Assembly: GCA_030599585.1 (NCBI GenBank)
Contig: JAUVNS010000017.1
Span: 1-64,000, forward strand
Direction of reading: 5' to 3'
DNA: 64,000 bases
From: Promethearchaeota archaeon
GTDB lineage: Archaea > Asgardarchaeota > Lokiarchaeia > Sigyniarchaeales > SOKP01
Positions 58,952-64,000 of the stretch are shown here, one piece after another; position 1 is the stretch's first letter; each line of letters starts with the position of its first letter. The position numbers were made by a program, and so were the translations under genes. The notes below the pieces were generated by a model. It made no database searches. It was not told where the DNA came from and saw nothing but the letters and a program-made list of their open reading frames with translations.

Positions 58952-60823
58952 TTGAACGAAACCAAACCTAAGGAAGTTCTACCCAAAAGAACTCTAAAAT
59001 TGTCCCACGCGGTAGTATATGGTATAGGATGTGGAATTGGTGGTTCCATTTTCGTACTGTTAGGATTGGGGATTGAAATTGCTGGATCAGGTTTACTTTT
59101 AAGCTTGTTATTAGGTGGAATTTTAATATTCTTCACTGGGTTGAATTATGCTGAACTCTCAACAAGCTTACCTATGGCGGGTGGTGCGTATAACTTTGGA
59201 AAAGAAGGAATAGGGGGGTTCTTAGCTTTTATAATTGGCTTCTTCTTATGGATTGCAAATGTTGCTATGTGTGCATTTTCGGCTCAAATTTTTGCTCTCG
59301 TGTTTAATGAAGTTTTTGCTAAATTTAATATAGCAATTCCAGTCACTGTTCTAACCTTAATATCAATTTTACCAGTACTACTAACAAGCTTAATTATTTT
59401 TAGAACACAGAAAATAGCAATTAGAACCTTATTACTATTCACATTTATTCTAATCGCGTTGTTCGCATTCTTTATTGTTTCAGGATTATTTATTGCCCCA
59501 ATTACTAATCCAACTTTTACATTGCCCCAAATTAAATTTGAGGGGATTCTACCTGCTTTTTTATTATTATTTATATTATTTACTTCAATTACTTCAAATT
59601 TAGCGTATCTCAATCCAGAATTAAAAAACCCTTCAAAGAATATTCCTAAAACTATTATGTATGCTATTTTAATAACACTTGTTTTATACATCTCAATTAC
59701 ATTTGTCGTGCTAATAGATCTTGGAGAAAATCCTACAGGTCTAAGTGGAAATCCTGTGTTGTTAGCGGACATATTGGAGGGCGTGATTGGACCGTTTGGG
59801 TTTTTAATTATGGTTATAGCGGCTATTATTTCAACGTTAATAGCTATTAATTCGTCATTAGGATCTGCTGTTAGTGTTATATCAGCTTTAGCAAGAGATC
59901 GATTTTTTCCAGAAAAAATAAGAAAAACCAAAACAAAATCTGATATGCCCGTTTTTGGATTAATGATATCCGTGATTTTGACTCTCCTTTTCACAATTTT
60001 TGCAGGTATTGGATTTACTGCCGAAATTACTAATTTCATCTATTTCTTTGCACTTGCATTTGTAAATTATGCTGCTGTAAAACTACGACGTAAAAGAAAG
60101 GAATTAGATCGTCCATTTAAAGCTCCATTCTATCCCGTATTACCAATTTTTCTTTTTATATGCTTCATAGTTTTTGCAGTTGTACTAGGTATAATAATCT
60201 CTTTGGAAGCGTTAATTCTTGGCTTAATTATCTTAATAATAGGTTTTACTTACGAATTATTAGTGATTAGTGACAAAGCATCAATTAATTTTACGCTGTC
60301 AGGGATAAAATTTTTCTTTTCAATCATTATAGGCCTTTTTATATGGGTTATTAACAATTTTTCGGTTGTTTTTCCAGAGATAATATTAATTAATAGAATC
60401 TTAATCATTTTGTGTGTATTCACACTCATTACAGTTATTTTTGATTTATTGCCTTTAAGAGAATTGGCTTATTATTACGTTAAATTTGTAGATAAGGAAA
60501 AAGTCGCAATTAATATTGGCAAAGCTCAGATCATAGATTTAGGCAAAAAGAGATCTCAAACTATTCACTACATAAATTTACTGATAGCATTTTTGCAATT
60601 TAGCGCTGGTGGTGTTATACTAATAATTGTTTTTATGTTAGTAAACCAAAGCGTTGCTGTCCAAGATATTATTTTTACTCTAGGGGTTAACGTTTCTATT
60701 ATTCCTAGTTTGGCGGGATCAACGCTTTTAACAATCATATTATTTATTTTTGGTTTGACTCTTCTCATATGCGGTATGCTATCATGGTACCGGAATAAAG
60801 AAATAAAATCGCTTGGAATTTAA
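58952..60823 (+). CDS. APC-family amino acid permease with extra C-terminal TM helices
   Basis: GIGGSIF, YAELST..P..GG.Y, ELKNPSKNIP, RPFKAP. Confidence 0.88.
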   Translation: MNETKPKEVLPKRTLKLSHAVVYGIGCGIGGSIFVLLGLGIEIAGSGLLLSLLLGGILIFFTGLNYAELSTSLPMAGGAYNFGKEGIGGFLAFIIGFFLWIANVAMCAFSAQIFALVFNEVFAKFNIAIPVTVLTLISILPVLLTSLIIFRTQKIAIRTLLLFTFILIALFAFFIVSGLFIAPITNPTFTLPQIKFEGILPAFLLLFILFTSITSNLAYLNPELKNPSKNIPKTIMYAILITLVLYISITFVVLIDLGENPTGLSGNPVLLADILEGVIGPFGFLIMVIAAIISTLIAINSSLGSAVSVISALARDRFFPEKIRKTKTKSDMPVFGLMISVILTLLFTIFAGIGFTAEITNFIYFFALAFVNYAAVKLRRKRKELDRPFKAPFYPVLPIFLFICFIVFAVVLGIIISLEALILGLIILIIGFTYELLVISDKASINFTLSGIKFFFSIIIGLFIWVINNFSVVFPEIILINRILIILCVFTLITVIFDLLPLRELAYYYVKFVDKEKVAINIGKAQIIDLGKKRSQTIHYINLLIAFLQFSAGGVILIIVFMLVNQSVAVQDIIFTLGVNVSIIPSLAGSTLLTIILFIFGLTLLICGMLSWYRNKEIKSLGI

Positions 60824-60873
60824 TCTCTGAGAATTAACAATTTTATAATACGGTATGATATTATTTTAAGAAC

Positions 60874-61608
60874 ATGGAACTACCTAAGTTAAATTTACAT
60901 ATTCATTCTAAATTCTCTGATGGAAGAAATTCAATATCTCAAATAGTTTCAACTGCCCTTGATATGGGTTTAGATTATATATGCATCACGGATCACTTTA
61001 CGAATTCTTGGAAAGCTGATGTAATTCCTAATCTTAACAGTCTCGCTAAAATTGAAATGTATTTAGATGAAATAGATCAATTTCAAAAATATCTTCTTGA
61101 TGAAGAAAGGCAAATGGCTCTGTTTAAAGGAATAGAAATAGACTTAAGTAGTACAGAAAAGTTCATTGTTAACAATATCCTACCTACTCGATTTGATATC
61201 TTATTATTTGAATATCTTGAAAGCATTGAAGGCATATTCTTTATTAAAAAAATCTTAAACCATTGGAAAGGAAACACTAAAAACTCCACGGATTTTCCGT
61301 TAATAGGTCTCGCACATTTTGATCCCTCCTTTTTCGCCATTAATGGTATGAACATTCTTATTGATTTTTTAACAGAGTATAAAATCTTCTTTGAATTTAA
61401 TTCAAGTTATCCACAATTTTACTCTCAGAAATATCGCTCTTTTTTTGATCAATTGAAAGAAAGAAACGTATTAGTTTCAATTGGTTGTGATTCTCATCAT
61501 ATATCAACTCTAAAAGACATAGAAGAAGCTTACGATAGGATAAAATTTTACGAGTTGGAAAGCAACCTCATTGACTTAGTTCAAATTCTAGATAAAAAGA
61601 GGATTTGA
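60874..61608 (+). CDS. PHP-domain phosphoesterase
   Basis: LHIHSKFSDG, ITDH, GIE, AH, GCDSHH. Confidence 0.88.
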   Translation: MELPKLNLHIHSKFSDGRNSISQIVSTALDMGLDYICITDHFTNSWKADVIPNLNSLAKIEMYLDEIDQFQKYLLDEERQMALFKGIEIDLSSTEKFIVNNILPTRFDILLFEYLESIEGIFFIKKILNHWKGNTKNSTDFPLIGLAHFDPSFFAINGMNILIDFLTEYKIFFEFNSSYPQFYSQKYRSFFDQLKERNVLVSIGCDSHHISTLKDIEEAYDRIKFYELESNLIDLVQILDKKRI

Positions 61609-61627
61609 AAAATTTTAAAGTAAGGTA

Positions 61628-62020
61628 TTATTTCTGCGTTCTATGAAGGTGTTCGAGATAATACTTAAATGCCCTTTCAAAGGCAATATCGAGAAGTAAT
61701 TCACTTTCCTCTTTTGGATATGATAGCATTTCTTTTAAATGAACTTTACCTATATTGAATATCTCTTTAAATGTAGTTAACTTTTCTGTTATTTCCATAT
61801 TGGCAATTTCTGATATTGGTTTATCTTTCATTTTCTGCCAATCAGTTATAGCATACCAGGTTATACAGCGCATTGCTAATTCGGGAATTTCTATTTGTTC
61901 GCAAACGAGGTTCGAGATTATTTTAATTAACTTTTGTTGTTCAGGTTTAAAATTAACTTTTGCATAATCAATTTGTCTAGATGAAATTTCTTCTTTATTA
62001 AAATTTAACGCGTATGTCAT
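61628..62020 (-). CDS. Hypothetical protein
   Basis: 130-aa ORF filling the gap between PHP and sirtuin genes. Confidence 0.6.
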   Translation of the reverse strand: MTYALNFNKEEISSRQIDYAKVNFKPEQQKLIKIISNLVCEQIEIPELAMRCITWYAITDWQKMKDKPISEIANMEITEKLTTFKEIFNIGKVHLKEMLSYPKEESELLLDIAFERAFKYYLEHLHRTQK

Positions 62021-62217
62021 AATATATCCAACCTAATTTATCCTAATAATATTTCAACTTAAAAGAATATAAAGATCTACAAAAATCCTATACCTAAAAA
62101 GAAATTAGAATTTACACTTATAAAGTAACTGGTAATTTTAGAAGTTCGTGTCAATATTTTAACTGACCGAGTAAACACGATAATAATATCAAATGAAATA
62201 TATTTTTATTTTCAAAA

Positions 62218-62988
62218 ATGCTTCCTCTTAATATGGAATTGGATGAAAAAATTGACTTAGCCGCAAAGTGGATTTATGATTCTAACAATCTTGTCATATT
62301 CACTGGGGCAGGAATTTCTACTGAAAGTGGACTACCCGATTTTAGAGGTCCAGATGGAGTATGGACTCGTCGTGATAAGGGTTTACCACCCCCTAAATCT
62401 CCACCATGGGATCAAGTCAAGCCTAATCAAGGTCATCATGCAATAGTTGATTTATTGAAGATGAAAAAATTAAATTATGTTATTTCTCAAAATGTTGATG
62501 GACTTCACGCAAAATCTGGTATTCCCTTCGATAAACTAGCAGAATTGCATGGAAATATGTACTTCATGAAATGTTTGAATTGCGGAAAAAAGTTAACTTT
62601 TGAGGAAGCAGGTTGGGATAAGAAAAAATGGGGACAGGGGTATAGAACTGGTATAACTCGTAAAAATCAACCAAAATGTCCTGATTGTGGAGGAAAAATC
62701 ATCTCAAGTATTGTTAATTTTGGCGATCCATTACCAATAGACGAACTTGAAGAATCTATGAGGGCATCTCAAAGTGCCGATGTATTCTTTGTAGTCGGGT
62801 CTTCTTTAGTTGTGAGCCCCGCTGCAGATATGCCTGGAATTGCTTTGAGAAATGGTGCCAAATTAATAATTCTTAACAAGGGCGAAACTCCATATGATAG
62901 TGAAGCTGATTTAAGGTTCTTTGATCAAATTGGAGATGTTCTTCCCAAAATTGTTATAAAAGTAAAAGAAATGATGAATGTCGATTAA
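62218..62988 (+). CDS. NAD-dependent sirtuin deacylase, SIRT6/class IV-like N-terminal half
   Basis: GAGISTESGLPDFRGPDGVWT, SQNVDGLH, ELHGN, two CxxC, GSSL. Confidence 0.92.
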   Translation: MLPLNMELDEKIDLAAKWIYDSNNLVIFTGAGISTESGLPDFRGPDGVWTRRDKGLPPPKSPPWDQVKPNQGHHAIVDLLKMKKLNYVISQNVDGLHAKSGIPFDKLAELHGNMYFMKCLNCGKKLTFEEAGWDKKKWGQGYRTGITRKNQPKCPDCGGKIISSIVNFGDPLPIDELEESMRASQSADVFFVVGSSLVVSPAADMPGIALRNGAKLIILNKGETPYDSEADLRFFDQIGDVLPKIVIKVKEMMNVD

Positions 62989-63020
62989 ACTGTTAGTATC
63001 AATAAAAGTGGGTGAAGAAG

Positions 63021-64000
63021 ATGTCAACAGAAGGGAATGACAGTAGATTTCCTAATTTAGATAAATATAAGCAGAAGCATGTTGACGTAGAGCAAGCAAT
63101 TAAACGATACATCAAACCTGGAGATCGGATTTTTATCGATTCTGGATGTTCTGAACCCATAGACCTTACGTCAAAACTCATTGAACTCGGTCCTCAGCTT
63201 TCTGATGTAGAGATGATTCATTTTATCAGCCTGTCCGATCTCGATTATTATAAAACTGCGGGAGGTAATGAAGATTTATTTCGACACAATGTTTTTTTTA
63301 TTAGTGAAAATCTTCGAGACGCTGTAAAAAGAGGATTTGCAGATTACACTCCAATGTTACTTTCAGACATTCCAGGATTCTTTGAAAGGGGACAAATGCA
63401 TGTAAAAACTGCCCTTATTCAAGTTAGCCCTCCTGACCAATTCGGATTTTGTAGTTATGGTATTAATGTAGATATTGCAAAACCTATAGCAGAGGTAGCT
63501 GAATTTGTAGTAGCAGAAATTAATCCTAAGATGCCACGTACACTTGGTGATTCCTTCATTCATATGAACGACATAAACGCCTACATTTTATCCGATCACG
63601 ATATTATTGAGTTTAAATATGATCCCCCCGATGAGTCCATCAAAAAAATTGCACAATATGTCGCATCTCTTATTGAAGATGAATCTACGATTCAAATGGG
63701 AATTGGAAAAATTCCAAACGCGTTAGCGATCGAATTAGAAGATAAGAAAGATTTAGGAGTGCATAGTGAGGTTTTTTCAGATGGAATTGTTGATCTCGTT
63801 GAAAAAGGGGTAATCACGTGTAAAAAAAAGACACTTCATAAAGGAAAAATAATTTGTTCTTTTGTCATGGGTTCCCGACGGCTCTACGATTTTGTAGATA
63901 ACAATCCCTTTGTAGAATTTCATCCCGTTAATTATTGCAACGATCCTTTCATTATTAGCCGAAATAAAAAACAAGTGGCCGTAAACGCGGCCCTAACAAT
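63021..64000 (+). CDS. Acetyl-CoA hydrolase/transferase (4-hydroxybutyrate CoA-transferase family), partial
   Basis: Hand-translated from ATG 63021: ...IKPGDRIFIDSGCSEP...QVSPPDQFGFCSYG...IQMGIGKIPNA...LGVHSE. Runs off the window end. Confidence 0.88.
   Translation, partial: MSTEGNDSRFPNLDKYKQKHVDVEQAIKRYIKPGDRIFIDSGCSEPIDLTSKLIELGPQLSDVEMIHFISLSDLDYYKTAGGNEDLFRHNVFFISENLRDAVKRGFADYTPMLLSDIPGFFERGQMHVKTALIQVSPPDQFGFCSYGINVDIAKPIAEVAEFVVAEINPKMPRTLGDSFIHMNDINAYILSDHDIIEFKYDPPDESIKKIAQYVASLIEDESTIQMGIGKIPNALAIELEDKKDLGVHSEVFSDGIVDLVEKGVITCKKKTLHKGKIICSFVMGSRRLYDFVDNNPFVEFHPVNYCNDPFIISRNKKQVAVNAALT

Overview
AT-rich, gene-dense chromosomal window. The gene content (small Rab/Ras-like GTPases, longin/roadblock proteins, an actin-family protein, JAMM and PCI-like proteins) points to an Asgard archaeon, most likely Lokiarchaeia. 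No rRNA, tRNA, CRISPR array or mobile element was seen. Housekeeping and metabolic genes (guaB, purH, folD, polyprenyl synthase, P-type ATPase, CoA-transfer enzymes, Zn/Mn uptake) are interleaved with many eukaryotic-signature-type genes. The main result is a gene the ORF track truncates. 9955..10332 (+) reads as a 125-aa HesB/IscA-like protein with one in-frame TGA (10066-10068). It is followed immediately after its stop by a hairpin with a eukaryote-type SECIS core (ATGA...TGAT), making it a probable selenoprotein with an unusual U-x4-C motif. Other highlights are an actin homologue with a double zinc-ribbon insertion, a roadblock-Rab fusion, a JAMM/C2HC-zinc-finger/PCI neighbourhood, a SIRT6-like sirtuin and a surface protein with near-identical 315-bp repeats. 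Two small genes missing from the ORF track were also found, one apparently starting at ATT. All family calls come from motif recognition by eye, not database searches.
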